Assembly (NCBI GenBank): GCA_963812145.1
Contig: CAWEUG010000004.1
Location: 498,495 to 562,494 of the forward strand
DNA: 64,000 nucleotides
Direction of reading: 5' to 3'
Source: an uncultured Solirubrobacterales bacterium
GTDB lineage: Bacteria; Actinomycetota; Thermoleophilia; Solirubrobacterales; 70-9
Below the pieces are notes generated by a model. That model did no database searches. It had not been told where the DNA came from and saw nothing but the letters and a program-made list of their open reading frames with translations. Made by a program: the position numbers and the translations under genes. Within the stretch, counting starts at the first letter, position 1. Each line of letters opens with the position of its first letter. Below are positions 44,708 to 54,227 of this stretch, in pieces.

Positions 44708-44747
44708 CGCGTTTGGGGCCAACCCGGCGCTGCTACGGTCACTCAGC

Positions 44748-46661
44748 GTGAAATGCAGGACAAATCGCCTCTCGATTCGGGGATTCGCGGCCATCGCGGC
44801 CGCTCTCGCCATCGCGGCCCCGGCGACGGCGAGCTGGCAGCCGGCGACCGAAGTTCCCGCCTCGACCGGGGTGACGAGCGGGTCCGCGACCGCCGCCGGT
44901 CTGGCCGACGACGGCGCCGCCGCGATCGCCTACGTGAGCGAGAGCGCGATCAGGGTCGCGACGCGGGGCACGGCCGGCGGGCCCTGGGCGATCGAGACGC
45001 TGGAAAGCGAAGCGCTCGGCAGCTCCGACCTGCAACTGGAGATGAACGCCGCCGGAGACGCCGTCGCGGCCTGGCGACTGAGCAGCGGCAGCGGCTTCAT
45101 CGCCGTCGCCTACCGGCCGGCCGGAGGAGCCTGGGAGGAGAGGAAGTTCCTCGACGACGCGCTGCTCGCCGGCAGCGGCCATCTCGATGTCGCGATCAAC
45201 TCGCGGGGTGACGCGATCGTCGGCTGGAGCGCGGCGGCCCCCGGCTCCCCGCCTCAGAACGTCATCCGGGCCGTGATCCGCGCCAAGGCGGGGCCGTGGC
45301 CGGCGCTCGACTCCTACGCCACCGTGGTCAGCGAAGACGACCTCACCACCGCGGGGACGATCCTCGGCGACCCCGGCTGCCAGGGGCCCGCGGTGGCGAT
45401 CGACGACGCGGGCAACGCGATCGCCGCCTGGTCCAGCGCCTACGGCTCGTTCTCGCGCAGCCTCGGTGCCAAAGAGCAGATCGTCTGCGGCGTGCGGACC
45501 GCGCGTTGGAACGGGGCCTCCTGGGGGATTCCCGCCAACCTCACGGCTCGGCCGGCCATCGGCTACATGCTGACCAGCGGCGGCACCCCGGCGCCTTCCG
45601 CGGGCACCCCGGTCGCCGCTGCCGACCCGGTCAGCGGCAAGCTCGTGCTCGCCTTCCGCAACAGCTTCGACGCAATCGACGGCGGCAAAAACAACGCCTT
45701 CAGGTTCAGCGAAAACTGGAGCTCGGCGATCTACGGCGGTACCGTCGCCGCGGGTCCGGGAGCCGTCGTCGAAACGCCCTCGATCGGCTCGATCGGAGAG
45801 CTCGCGGTCGGCGTCGGCGGCAGCAACCAGGCCGTCTCCACCTGGGAGTCGGACGGCATCCCCGGCCTCACCTCCTACGCCGCCCGGGCGGGCTCGGGAG
45901 CCGCCGGCTCGCCGCTTTCGCTCGCACCGCTGACCAGCGAAGCGCTGGTCGCGGCGGCGGCCGACGCTGGCGGCGACGGGCGCGCTTTCGCCGTCTTCGA
46001 GGATCAGTTCCCGACCAGGCGGGTGCTGGCTTGGACGGCCGCCCTCGGGCAGGGCTTCGCCCCGACCGGGCCGCTGTTCACCGGCATCACGGCGACCCCC
46101 TCGCTGGCCGCGAACTGCCATGGCGACGCGATCGTTGCCGCCGGCGGCAGCGCCGGCGCCCTCTACGCCGACTACCTAAGCGGCGAGACGGGGGCCTGTG
46201 GCTCGGGCGCCGGGGGTGGCGGTGGCGGTCCCGCCGGCACCCAGCCGAGCGCCGGCGGGACCGCCGGCCCGCTCCCGCTCCCGGGCGCGGGACCACCCGG
46301 CAACGTGATCAAGCTGAAGGCGCCGATCTCCTCGCCGGACGGCGGAGTGGTGCTCGTGGTCACCTTCCCGGGTGCCGGCATCGCGGCTCTGAAAGGGACG
46401 GCGAAAGTCGACTCCGCCCAGCTCGCGCGGGTCTCCGCCAAGCGGACGATCGTCGTCACGCGGAAGACCGTGACCGTGAGGTCGGCCGGCTCCCTGAGCC
46501 TAAAGCTCGTCCCGACGGCCGTCGCCAAGCAGCTGCTGAGCAAGCAGGGGAGGCTGACGGCCCAGCTGGCGATCGCCTTCACTCCCACCGGCGGCAGCGC
46601 CCGGACGGTGAAGCGAGACGTCACCTTCAAGCTGCCGCGTTCCACGCCCGCGGGCGGCTAG
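44748..46661 (+). CDS. secreted hypothetical protein with about 7 degenerate [ND]xxGDA[IV]xxW repeats, a Gly-rich linker and a C-terminal beta-rich domain
   Basis: Signal peptide with ATA|SW cleavage. Repeats include NAAGDAVAAW, NSRGDAIVGW, DDAGNAIAAW, SNQAVSTW and CHGDAIVAA. I recognise no family. Confidence 0.7.
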   Translation: MKCRTNRLSIRGFAAIAAALAIAAPATASWQPATEVPASTGVTSGSATAAGLADDGAAAIAYVSESAIRVATRGTAGGPWAIETLESEALGSSDLQLEMNAAGDAVAAWRLSSGSGFIAVAYRPAGGAWEERKFLDDALLAGSGHLDVAINSRGDAIVGWSAAAPGSPPQNVIRAVIRAKAGPWPALDSYATVVSEDDLTTAGTILGDPGCQGPAVAIDDAGNAIAAWSSAYGSFSRSLGAKEQIVCGVRTARWNGASWGIPANLTARPAIGYMLTSGGTPAPSAGTPVAAADPVSGKLVLAFRNSFDAIDGGKNNAFRFSENWSSAIYGGTVAAGPGAVVETPSIGSIGELAVGVGGSNQAVSTWESDGIPGLTSYAARAGSGAAGSPLSLAPLTSEALVAAAADAGGDGRAFAVFEDQFPTRRVLAWTAALGQGFAPTGPLFTGITATPSLAANCHGDAIVAAGGSAGALYADYLSGETGACGSGAGGGGGGPAGTQPSAGGTAGPLPLPGAGPPGNVIKLKAPISSPDGGVVLVVTFPGAGIAALKGTAKVDSAQLARVSAKRTIVVTRKTVTVRSAGSLSLKLVPTAVAKQLLSKQGRLTAQLAIAFTPTGGSARTVKRDVTFKLPRSTPAGG

Positions 46662-46732
46662 GCCTCGCTTCGCCTGAGCCGGGCGACGCGATCGCGGGGC
46701 CGGGGGCGATCCCTCCGTATTCTCTGGGATCG

Positions 46733-47878
46733 ATGAAGAAGGTGCTGATACTCGGCTCGACCGGGTCGATCGGGACGCAGGCGCTGGAAGTCGTCGCCGC
46801 CTCCGAGCGTCTCCGGGTCGTCGGCCTCGCCGCCGGCTCCGACTGGGAGGCAGTCGTCGCGCAGGCGCGCGAGCACGGCGTGCCGACGATCGCCCTCGCC
46901 GACCAGGCGGCGGCGGCGCAGGCGCGCGAGAGCTGGTCCGGACGGGTCCTCGGCGGCGAGCCGGGGGTGACGGAGCTGATCGCGACCTCCGGCGCCGACC
47001 TCGTCCTCAACGGCATCGTCGGCGCCGCCGGGCTGGCCTCGACCGTCGTCGCCCTCACCGAGGGAATCGACGTCGCCCTCGCCAACAAGGAGAGCCTGGT
47101 GCTCGGCGGCGAGCTGGTGATGGCGCTGGCCGAGGCGACCGGAGCCCGCCTGCTGCCGGTCGACTCCGAGCACTCGGCGCTGCACCAGCTGATCGGCGCC
47201 GAGGCGCCGGGCACGGTCGAGAAGCTGATCCTGACCGCCTCCGGCGGCCCCTTCCGGGGACGCGAGGACCTCGCCGGCGTCAGCGTCGCCGACGCGCTCG
47301 CCCACCCGACCTGGGAGATGGGCGGCCGAATCACGATCGACTCGGCGACGCTGATGAACAAGGGCTTCGAGGCGATCGAGGCCCACCACCTCTTCGGCGT
47401 CCCCTACGAGCGGATCGGCGTCGTCGTCCACCCCCAGTCGCTGGTCCACTCGCTGATCCACCTCAACGACGGCTCCTCGCTCGCCCACCTCGGCTATCCC
47501 GACATGAGGGTGCCGATCTCCTACGCCCTGAACTTCCCCGAGCGGGTGGACGTCGAGGTGCCGCAGCTCGACCTCGCGGCCGTCGGCGCCCTCACCTTCG
47601 AGGCGCCGGACCTGCAGACCTTCGCCTGCCTGCGCCTCGCCTTGGAGGCCGGCGAGGCAGGGGGGAACGCGCCCTGCGTGCTCAACGCCGCCGACGAGGT
47701 CGCGGTCGCCGCCTTCCTCGCGGGCGAGATCCCCTTCACCGGCATCGCCGCCGTCATCGAGCGGGTCCTGGAGGAAATGCCGGCTCGGCCCGTAACTCAC
47801 TTCGATGACCTCTTTGCCAGCGACGACGAGGCCCGCCGGCGCAGCGAAGACCAGGTTCGCGGGTTGACGCCAGCATGA
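46733..47878 (+). CDS. dxr: 1-deoxy-D-xylulose 5-phosphate reductoisomerase
   Basis: MKKVLILGSTGSIGTQAL, LANKESLV, DSEHSA and NKGFE. The track ORF 45296.. was trimmed. Confidence 0.95.
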   Translation: MKKVLILGSTGSIGTQALEVVAASERLRVVGLAAGSDWEAVVAQAREHGVPTIALADQAAAAQARESWSGRVLGGEPGVTELIATSGADLVLNGIVGAAGLASTVVALTEGIDVALANKESLVLGGELVMALAEATGARLLPVDSEHSALHQLIGAEAPGTVEKLILTASGGPFRGREDLAGVSVADALAHPTWEMGGRITIDSATLMNKGFEAIEAHHLFGVPYERIGVVVHPQSLVHSLIHLNDGSSLAHLGYPDMRVPISYALNFPERVDVEVPQLDLAAVGALTFEAPDLQTFACLRLALEAGEAGGNAPCVLNAADEVAVAAFLAGEIPFTGIAAVIERVLEEMPARPVTHFDDLFASDDEARRRSEDQVRGLTPA

Positions 47879-48966
47879 ACTGGCTCTACATCTTCCTCGG
47901 CTTCTCGCTGCTGATCATCCTCCACGAGGGTGGGCACTTCGCCGCCGCGAAGGCAACCGGGATGCGGGTCGAGCGCTTCTTCCTCTTCTTCGGGCCGACC
48001 CTGTGGTCGTTCAAGCGCGGCGAGACCGAGTACGGGATCAAATCGATCCCGCTCGGCGGCTACGTGAAGATCACCGGCATGACCCCGGAGGAGGAGATCC
48101 CGCCGGAGCACGAGCACCGCGCCTACTACCGGCAGCCGGTCTGGAAGCGGATCGTCGTCATCGCCGCCGGCCCGGCGGTCAACATCGCCCTCGCCTTCGC
48201 GATCCTCTTCTTCGTCTACTTCGTCAACGCCCAGCAGGTCGACCAGAGGGTCGGCGAGATACGCAGCGGCACCCCGGCGGCGAAGGTCCTGCAGCCAGGC
48301 GACCGGATCATCGCCGTCGACGGCAAGGCCTATGCCGGTCTCGACCAGGAAGCGCGGCTGGAACACTTCGGCAAGCAGGTCGCCTCGCATGAATGCGACG
48401 GCAAGCAGGTCGAGGGCTGCCTGGCGGCGACGCCGGTGGTGCTGAGGATCAGCCGCGACGGGCAGGTGCGGACGATCTCGGTTCGCCCCGAGTACGACGA
48501 GGCGAACCGGCGGGCGCTGATCGGGTTTTCCTACGGCAGCAAGCCGCAAGACATCAGCGTCGGCACCGCGGCCACCCGGGCCTGGGACTCGATCTGGCTG
48601 GTCACCGAAAAAACGGCCTCGATCTTCTCCCGCATCTTCGAAGAGGAGCAGCGCAAGCAGATATCCGGAATCGTCGGTGTCAGCGACGTCGCCAATCAGA
48701 CGATCGACCGGAGCACTACCGAGTCGTTCCTGCTGCTCGCCCTGGTCAGCCTCTCGCTCGGCCTGATCAACCTGCTGCCGATCCTGCCGCTTGACGGCGG
48801 CCACATCTTCTGGGCCCTGGTCGAGAAACTGCGAGGACGCCCGGCCTCGCTGCGGGTGATGGAGCGAGCCACCGTAATCGGCTTCGCCCTGGTCATGGTG
48901 CTGATGGTGATCGGCCTCACCAATGACATCGGCCGCCTCGGCACCGACGCCTACAACGTCCGCTAG
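47875..48966 (+). CDS. rseP: RIP (site-2) zinc metalloprotease, M50 family
   Basis: HEGGHFAAAK (HExxH), a PDZ segment, and NLLPILPLDGGH. Confidence 0.88.
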   Translation: MNWLYIFLGFSLLIILHEGGHFAAAKATGMRVERFFLFFGPTLWSFKRGETEYGIKSIPLGGYVKITGMTPEEEIPPEHEHRAYYRQPVWKRIVVIAAGPAVNIALAFAILFFVYFVNAQQVDQRVGEIRSGTPAAKVLQPGDRIIAVDGKAYAGLDQEARLEHFGKQVASHECDGKQVEGCLAATPVVLRISRDGQVRTISVRPEYDEANRRALIGFSYGSKPQDISVGTAATRAWDSIWLVTEKTASIFSRIFEEEQRKQISGIVGVSDVANQTIDRSTTESFLLLALVSLSLGLINLLPILPLDGGHIFWALVEKLRGRPASLRVMERATVIGFALVMVLMVIGLTNDIGRLGTDAYNVR

Positions 48967-49000
48967 TCGGCCCGACGGGCCGCCCGGATACCCTTCGCAT

Positions 49001-50254
49001 ATGGCTTCCAAGCGTCAAATCTTCGTGGGCAAGGTGCCCATCGGCGGCGGTGCGCCGGTCGCGGTGCAGACGATGACCAAGACCGAGACCGCCAACCTGG
49101 CGGCGACGATGGAGCAGATCCACAAGGTCGCCGACGCCGGAGCCGACATCGTCCGCTGCGCGGTACCGCGCGAGAAGGACGTCGAGGCGCTGAAGACGAT
49201 CGTCGTGCAATCGCCGATCCCGATCATCGCCGACATCCACTTCAACCACACCCTGGCGCTGAAAGCGATCGACGCCGGCGCCCACTGCATCCGCCTCAAC
49301 CCCGGCAACATCGGCGGTCGGGACAAGGTCGCCGAGGTCGCGGTGAAGGCGAACGCGGCGAACGTGCCGATGCGGATCGGGGTCAACTCCGGCTCGCTGC
49401 CCAAGCACCTGCACGAGCTCGAGCGCGAAGCGCCGGTCGAGGCGCTGGTCGCCGCCGCGGTCGAGTTCACCGAGCTGATGGAGAGCCTCGACTTCGAGAA
49501 CTTCAAGGTCTCGATCAAGTCGACCAACGTGCCGAACACGATCGCCGCCAACCGCCTGCTGGCCGAGAAGATCCCCTACCCGCTGCACCTCGGGATCACC
49601 GAGGCGGGGACCAAATGGGCGGGCTCGCTGAAATCGGCGGTCGGGCTCGGCGCCCTGCTCGCCGACGGCATCGGCGACACGATCCGGATCAGCCTCTCGA
49701 CCTTCCACGCCGAGGAGGAGGTCAAAGTCGCCTGGGAGATCCTCAAGGCGCTGCAGCTGCGCGAGAAAGGCCCGGTCCTGATCGCCTGCCCGACCTGCGG
49801 CCGCCTGCAGTTCGACATGGACTCGGTCGTGGCCGAAATCGAGCAGCGGCTGGAAGGCTACGAGGAGCCGGTCGAGGTGGCCGTCCTCGGCTGCGCTGTC
49901 AACGGCATCGGCGAGGCCTCTCACGCCGACTTCGGCATCGCCGGCGCCAAGAACGAGGGCCTGATCTTCGCCGGCGGCAAGCCGCTGCGGAAGGTCCCAC
50001 AGGAGACCCTGGTCGACACCCTCTTCGAAGAGATCGACAAGTCGCTGGACCGCGGCAAGGTCGAGGTCGACGAGGCCGAGGCCCAGGAGGGAGCCGCCTG
50101 GCTGGCGAAGATCGAGGAGGAAAACGCGGGGGAACTGACGCCAGAGAAGATTGCGGCGATGGAGAAGGAAGCGGTCGAGCGGGGCGAGTCGGACAAGGTG
50201 CTGCTCGACGAGGAGGCGTCCCCGACGGCGGGTCGCAGGTTCACGCGGGCCTAG
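49001..50254 (+). CDS. ispG: 4-hydroxy-3-methylbut-2-enyl diphosphate synthase (flavodoxin)
   Basis: VAVQTMTKT, ADIHF, RINPGNIG, and CPTCGR..GCAVNG (Fe-S ligands). It has an acidic C-terminal extension of about 60 aa. Confidence 0.95.
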   Translation: MASKRQIFVGKVPIGGGAPVAVQTMTKTETANLAATMEQIHKVADAGADIVRCAVPREKDVEALKTIVVQSPIPIIADIHFNHTLALKAIDAGAHCIRLNPGNIGGRDKVAEVAVKANAANVPMRIGVNSGSLPKHLHELEREAPVEALVAAAVEFTELMESLDFENFKVSIKSTNVPNTIAANRLLAEKIPYPLHLGITEAGTKWAGSLKSAVGLGALLADGIGDTIRISLSTFHAEEEVKVAWEILKALQLREKGPVLIACPTCGRLQFDMDSVVAEIEQRLEGYEEPVEVAVLGCAVNGIGEASHADFGIAGAKNEGLIFAGGKPLRKVPQETLVDTLFEEIDKSLDRGKVEVDEAEAQEGAAWLAKIEEENAGELTPEKIAAMEKEAVERGESDKVLLDEEASPTAGRRFTRA

Positions 50255-50285
50255 CCCCTCAGCCGGAGCGGGATAGGTTTCACGG

Positions 50286-51974
50286 GTGACTCGACTCAGT
50301 CAAGCGTTTATCCCCACGCTCAAGGATGCTCCGGCCGACGCCGAGGCCGTTTCTCACAAGCTGATGGTGCGGGCTGGCTTGATCCGTCAGCTTGGCGCCG
50401 GGTTGTGGAGCTATCTGCCCGCTGGATGGCGCGTTGAGCGGAAGGTCGAGGCGATCATCCGGGAGGAGATGGAGGGGATCGGGTGTCAGGAGATGTTGAT
50501 GCCGGTGTTGATGCCGGCGGAGAACTGGGAGAAGACCGGGCGCTACGCGATCGAGGAGCTGTTCAAGCTCGAGGACCGCAAGGGGTCGCCGCTGGTGCTG
50601 GCGATGACCCACGAGGAGGCGGTGACTGACCACGTGGCGCGCGAGGTGCGCTCCTATCGGGATCTGCCGTTGATGCTCTTCCACATCCAGACCAAGGAGC
50701 GCGACGAGCCGCGGCCGCGGGCGGGGGTGCTGCGCACGCGCGAGTTCACGATGAAGGACGCCTACTCCTTCGACCGCGACGAGGAGGGGCTGGCGCGCTC
50801 CTACGAGCTGCAGGCAGGTGCCTACGAGCGCATCCTCGACCGCTGCGGGCTGCGCTGGTACAAGGTCGAGTCCGACGTCGGGATGATGGGCGGCTCCGGC
50901 GCCGACGAGTACATGGCGCCCTGCCCGGCGGGTGAGAACGAGGTGGCGCTGGCGCCCGGCTACGCGGCCAACGTCGAGGTCGCCTCGGCCACCGCGCGGC
51001 CGGTTGAGTTGCCGCCGCAGTTGGACGCGCCGGAGCCGGTCTCCACTCCCGGCCTCGGCAAGGTCGAGGAGGTCGCCGCCGAGCTGGGGTTGCCGCACGG
51101 TGCCTTCATCAAGGCCCTGCCGGTTGTCGTCGAGGGCCGCGGCCTGGTCATGGTCCTACTGCGCGGCGACCACCGCCTCAACGAGATCAAGCTGCGCAAC
51201 GCGCTCGGGGCCGATTTCCGCCAGGCCGGTGCCGAGGAGATCGCGGCCGAGATCGGCCCGGCCGGCTACATCGGCCCGGTCGGCGCCAAGGTGCCCGTGG
51301 TCAAGGACGCCGCGATCGTCGGCGACTCCTACGTCTGCGGTGCCAACCAGGGCGACACCCACCTGCGCGGCGTGCGGCCAGGACGCGACTTCGAGTTCGA
51401 GGAGCTCGACGTGCGCACGGTCGAGGCGGGTGACACCACCCCCGATGGCGGCACGATCGAGATCGAGCCAGCGATCGAGGTTGGCAACATCTTCAAGCTC
51501 GGCACCCGTTACTCGGAGCCGCTCGGCGCCACCTACTCCGACGAGGACGGGGTCGAGAAGCCGGTCGTGATGGGCTGCTATGGGATGGGGCCGGCCCGGA
51601 TCATCGCCGCCGCGATCGAGCAGCGTGCCGACGAGCGCGGGATCATCTGGCCCAAGGCCCTGGCGCCCTGGGACGTGCACCTCGTCTCCCTCGCCAAGGC
51701 CGGCGAGCGCGAGCGCGAGGCCGCCGACAAGCTCTACGAGGAGCTGAAGGGGGCCGGGATCGAGGTCCTCTACGACGAGCGCGATGCCGGCGCGGGGGAG
51801 AAGCTGACCGACGCCGAGCTGCTGGGCTGCCCACTGCGGATCGTGGTCGGCCGCCGCGGTCTCGCCAACGGCGTCGTCGAGGCCTCCGAGCGCGGCTCCG
51901 GCGCCGAGCACGAGCTGCCCGTGGGGGAGGCCGCCACGCAAGCGCTGTCCCTTCTCCAGGGCATCGATGCCTAG
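50286..51974 (+). CDS. proS: proline--tRNA ligase (bacterial type with INS editing domain)
   Basis: LMVRAGLIRQLGAGLWSYLP, REFTMKDAYSF, GCYGMG, plus an anticodon-binding domain. Confidence 0.95.
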   Translation: MTRLSQAFIPTLKDAPADAEAVSHKLMVRAGLIRQLGAGLWSYLPAGWRVERKVEAIIREEMEGIGCQEMLMPVLMPAENWEKTGRYAIEELFKLEDRKGSPLVLAMTHEEAVTDHVAREVRSYRDLPLMLFHIQTKERDEPRPRAGVLRTREFTMKDAYSFDRDEEGLARSYELQAGAYERILDRCGLRWYKVESDVGMMGGSGADEYMAPCPAGENEVALAPGYAANVEVASATARPVELPPQLDAPEPVSTPGLGKVEEVAAELGLPHGAFIKALPVVVEGRGLVMVLLRGDHRLNEIKLRNALGADFRQAGAEEIAAEIGPAGYIGPVGAKVPVVKDAAIVGDSYVCGANQGDTHLRGVRPGRDFEFEELDVRTVEAGDTTPDGGTIEIEPAIEVGNIFKLGTRYSEPLGATYSDEDGVEKPVVMGCYGMGPARIIAAAIEQRADERGIIWPKALAPWDVHLVSLAKAGEREREAADKLYEELKGAGIEVLYDERDAGAGEKLTDAELLGCPLRIVVGRRGLANGVVEASERGSGAEHELPVGEAATQALSLLQGIDA

Positions 51975-52602
51975 CCGGGCCCCCTTCGGCCGCGGCCGCG
52001 TGCGCCGCCTCTTCGGGCTCGACCGCAGCGGACCCAAACCGCAACGGACCCGCAAGGGGGAGCCGCTTAACCCCTGGACGATTCCCAACCTTGTCGGCTA
52101 CATCCGCCTGGCGGCGCTGCCGGTCTTCCTCGTCCTCGCCTACTCCAGCGACGACGGCACCTCCTTCGGCGCCGCGATGGTCTTCTGGGCGATCGCCGCC
52201 GGCGACTACCTCGACGGCTTCCTGGCCCGCGTCACCGGCCAGTACAGCCGCATGGGCGCGCTCCTGGATCCGCTGGTCGACCGCCTCACGATCCTTGCCG
52301 GCGCCGTCGTCTGCTGGAGCTTCGAGCTGCTGCCGCGCTGGCTGCTGGCGGTACTCGCGCTGCGCGAGCTGGCGATGCTCTTCCTCGCCCAGTTCGGCCT
52401 CCGCCACGGGGTCGACATCGAGGTCAACTGGCCGGGGCGGATCTCGGTCTTCCCGATCATGGGGGGGATCTGGCTAGCGCTCTTCGCCCCGGGCTGGGTG
52501 GCGAGCGCGCTGGTGGTCTGGGGCACGGCGATGGCGATCCTCGCCACCGCGCTCTACGCCCGCACCGGCATCCGCGCCGTGCACGCCCGCTCTGCAAGCT
52601 GA
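51967..52602 (+). CDS. CDP-alcohol phosphatidyltransferase (PgsA-like)
   Basis: The D(x)2DG(x)2AR..G(x)3D(x)3D signature is visible as GDYLDGFLARVTGQYSRMGALLDPLVDRL. Multi-TM protein. Confidence 0.85.
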   Translation: MPSRAPFGRGRVRRLFGLDRSGPKPQRTRKGEPLNPWTIPNLVGYIRLAALPVFLVLAYSSDDGTSFGAAMVFWAIAAGDYLDGFLARVTGQYSRMGALLDPLVDRLTILAGAVVCWSFELLPRWLLAVLALRELAMLFLAQFGLRHGVDIEVNWPGRISVFPIMGGIWLALFAPGWVASALVVWGTAMAILATALYARTGIRAVHARSAS

Positions 52603-52633
52603 GCGCCAAACCGGGAGAACCTTCAACCTCCAG

Positions 52634-52663
52634 TTGAACCTTGAAGGCCGCTCGACCTATAAT
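52634..52663 (+). promoter_or_regulatory. near-consensus sigma-70-type promoter (TTGAAC -18 nt- TATAAT)
   Basis: Hexamers at 52634-52639 and 52658-52663, about 50 nt upstream of the ATG at 52716, in a locally AT-richer spacer. Confidence 0.45.
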
Positions 52664-52715
52664 CGGCTCCTGCGCAAACGGGGGGCGCCTGCGCCTCCTT
52701 CGACTAAGGAGCGAG

Positions 52716-52988
52716 ATGGAGGACACCTTTCCCGACTTGGGCTCCCTCAGCGACAAGGAGCTGAAGGACCTGATCGACAAGCTCACGGAGGAGGAGAACG
52801 AGATCTCCTACAAGCGGCGCGTCCTGCACGGAAAGATCGACATCCTCCGCGCCGAGCTCGTCAACCGCCTGCGCGACAAACACGAGCGCGGCGACTCGAT
52901 GATCTCCGGCGACGACGTCAGCAAGCTGACCGAGATCCTCGCTGGTAAGGCGCCTGGTTCGGCGTCGGGAGACGAGCCCGCCGCCTGA
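52716..52988 (+). CDS. small coiled-coil protein with an RsiG-like single c-di-GMP-binding motif (function inferred)
   Basis: SD aaggag at 52706-52711. 90 aa: MEDTFPDLGSLSDKELKDLIDKLTEEENEISYKRRVLHGKIDILRAELVNRL... The motif ExxxSxxRxxxHxxxD spans aa 27-42. Confidence 0.6.
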   Translation: MEDTFPDLGSLSDKELKDLIDKLTEEENEISYKRRVLHGKIDILRAELVNRLRDKHERGDSMISGDDVSKLTEILAGKAPGSASGDEPAA

Positions 52989-53006
52989 GCGGAGGGAGCT
53001 GTCGCG

Positions 53007-53480
53007 ATGGCCGTTCACTGTCCCGAGTGCGGGTTCGCCAACCCCGAGGGCGCCAACTACTGCCAGAAGTGCGGCGCCTATCTGGGTGGGCCGGCCGAGT
53101 CCGGCGACGACCCGACGACGATGACCTACACGGTCGACGACACCGGCGACATGCAGCCGGTCGACATCGACGAGGTGGTCGAGGAGGCGGGTGCGGCACT
53201 GGTGATCCGCGCCGGCGGCGGTCGCGCCGGCGAGAGCTTCAGCCTCGACGAGGACCGGGTCGGCATCGGCCGCAGCCCCGACGCCGGCGTCTTCCTCGAC
53301 GACGTCACCGTCTCCCGTAACCACGCGCTGCTGGTGCGCCGGCGGGACGGCCTCTACATCGACGACCTCGGCTCGCTCAACGGCACCTACGTCAACCGCC
53401 GCCGGATCGAGTCGCACCGGCTCGCCGACGGCGACGAGATCCAGGTCGGCAAGTACAAGCTGAGCTACCTGGAGCGCTGA
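53007..53480 (+). CDS. FHA-domain protein with N-terminal CxxC..CxxC zinc ribbon (GarA/OdhI-position homolog)
   Basis: CPECGFANPEGANYCQKCG, then the FHA core IGRSPDAGVFLDDVTVSRNHALL..DLGSLNGTYVN. Confidence 0.88.
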   Translation: MAVHCPECGFANPEGANYCQKCGAYLGGPAESGDDPTTMTYTVDDTGDMQPVDIDEVVEEAGAALVIRAGGGRAGESFSLDEDRVGIGRSPDAGVFLDDVTVSRNHALLVRRRDGLYIDDLGSLNGTYVNRRRIESHRLADGDEIQVGKYKLSYLER

Positions 53481-53483
53481 GCC

Positions 53484-54227
53484 ATGGCCATCTCCGAACA
53501 GCCGACCCGGCCGCCGGACTCGGCCACCCGCCCGCGCAAGGCGCTGACGATCGGCGCCGTCTGCAAGATCCTCCAGGGCGAGTTCGACGACGTCTCGATC
53601 TCCAAGATCCGCTATCTCGAGGATCAGAAGCTGCTCAACCCGCGCCGTACCTCCGGCGGCTATCGCCTCTACAGCCAGAGCGACGTCGAGCGCCTGCGAA
53701 CGATCCTGCGCCTGCAGCGCGACGAGTTCCTGCCGCTGCGCGTCATCCGTCAGGAGCTGGCCGGCGGCGGCGAGCTGATCCTCGGCGACTCCGAGCGCAA
53801 GCCGACCAACGGCGGCGCCCGCAGAGCGATCCTCGTCGACACCGCGCACGCTTACCTGACCCTCGAGGAAGTGGTCGAGGAGACGGGTGCGCGGGAGGAG
53901 CTGATCGGCGAGCTGGAGAACTTCGGCATCGTCCAGCCGGAGAAGCGCGAAGGAAAAACCGTCTACGACGAGACCGACCGGGAGATCGTCCGCGCCGCCA
54001 ACGAACTCTCGCGGGTCGGCGTCGGCGCCCGCAACCTGCGCGTCTTCCGCTCCTCGGCCGATCGTGAGGCGCAGCTGCTGGAAGCGCTGCTGGGCCCGTC
54101 GCTGCGCTCGCGCAATCCGGAGCGCCGCAAGGAGGCCCTGCAGAGCCTGGAAAGCCTGGCGGCGACCGTCAGTCACCTCAAGCATCTCCTGCTGGTCAGG
54201 GATCTCCGCCGCTTGGCGGGGGATTAG
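53484..54227 (+). CDS. MerR-family transcriptional regulator (FtsR-like position)
   Basis: LTIGAVCKILQGEFDDVSISKIRYLEDQKLLNPRRTSGGYRLYSQSDVERLRTIL. It has a second MerR-like C-terminal half. The start lies 3 nt after the FHA stop. Confidence 0.88.
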   Translation: MAISEQPTRPPDSATRPRKALTIGAVCKILQGEFDDVSISKIRYLEDQKLLNPRRTSGGYRLYSQSDVERLRTILRLQRDEFLPLRVIRQELAGGGELILGDSERKPTNGGARRAILVDTAHAYLTLEEVVEETGAREELIGELENFGIVQPEKREGKTVYDETDREIVRAANELSRVGVGARNLRVFRSSADREAQLLEALLGPSLRSRNPERRKEALQSLESLAATVSHLKHLLLVRDLRRLAGD

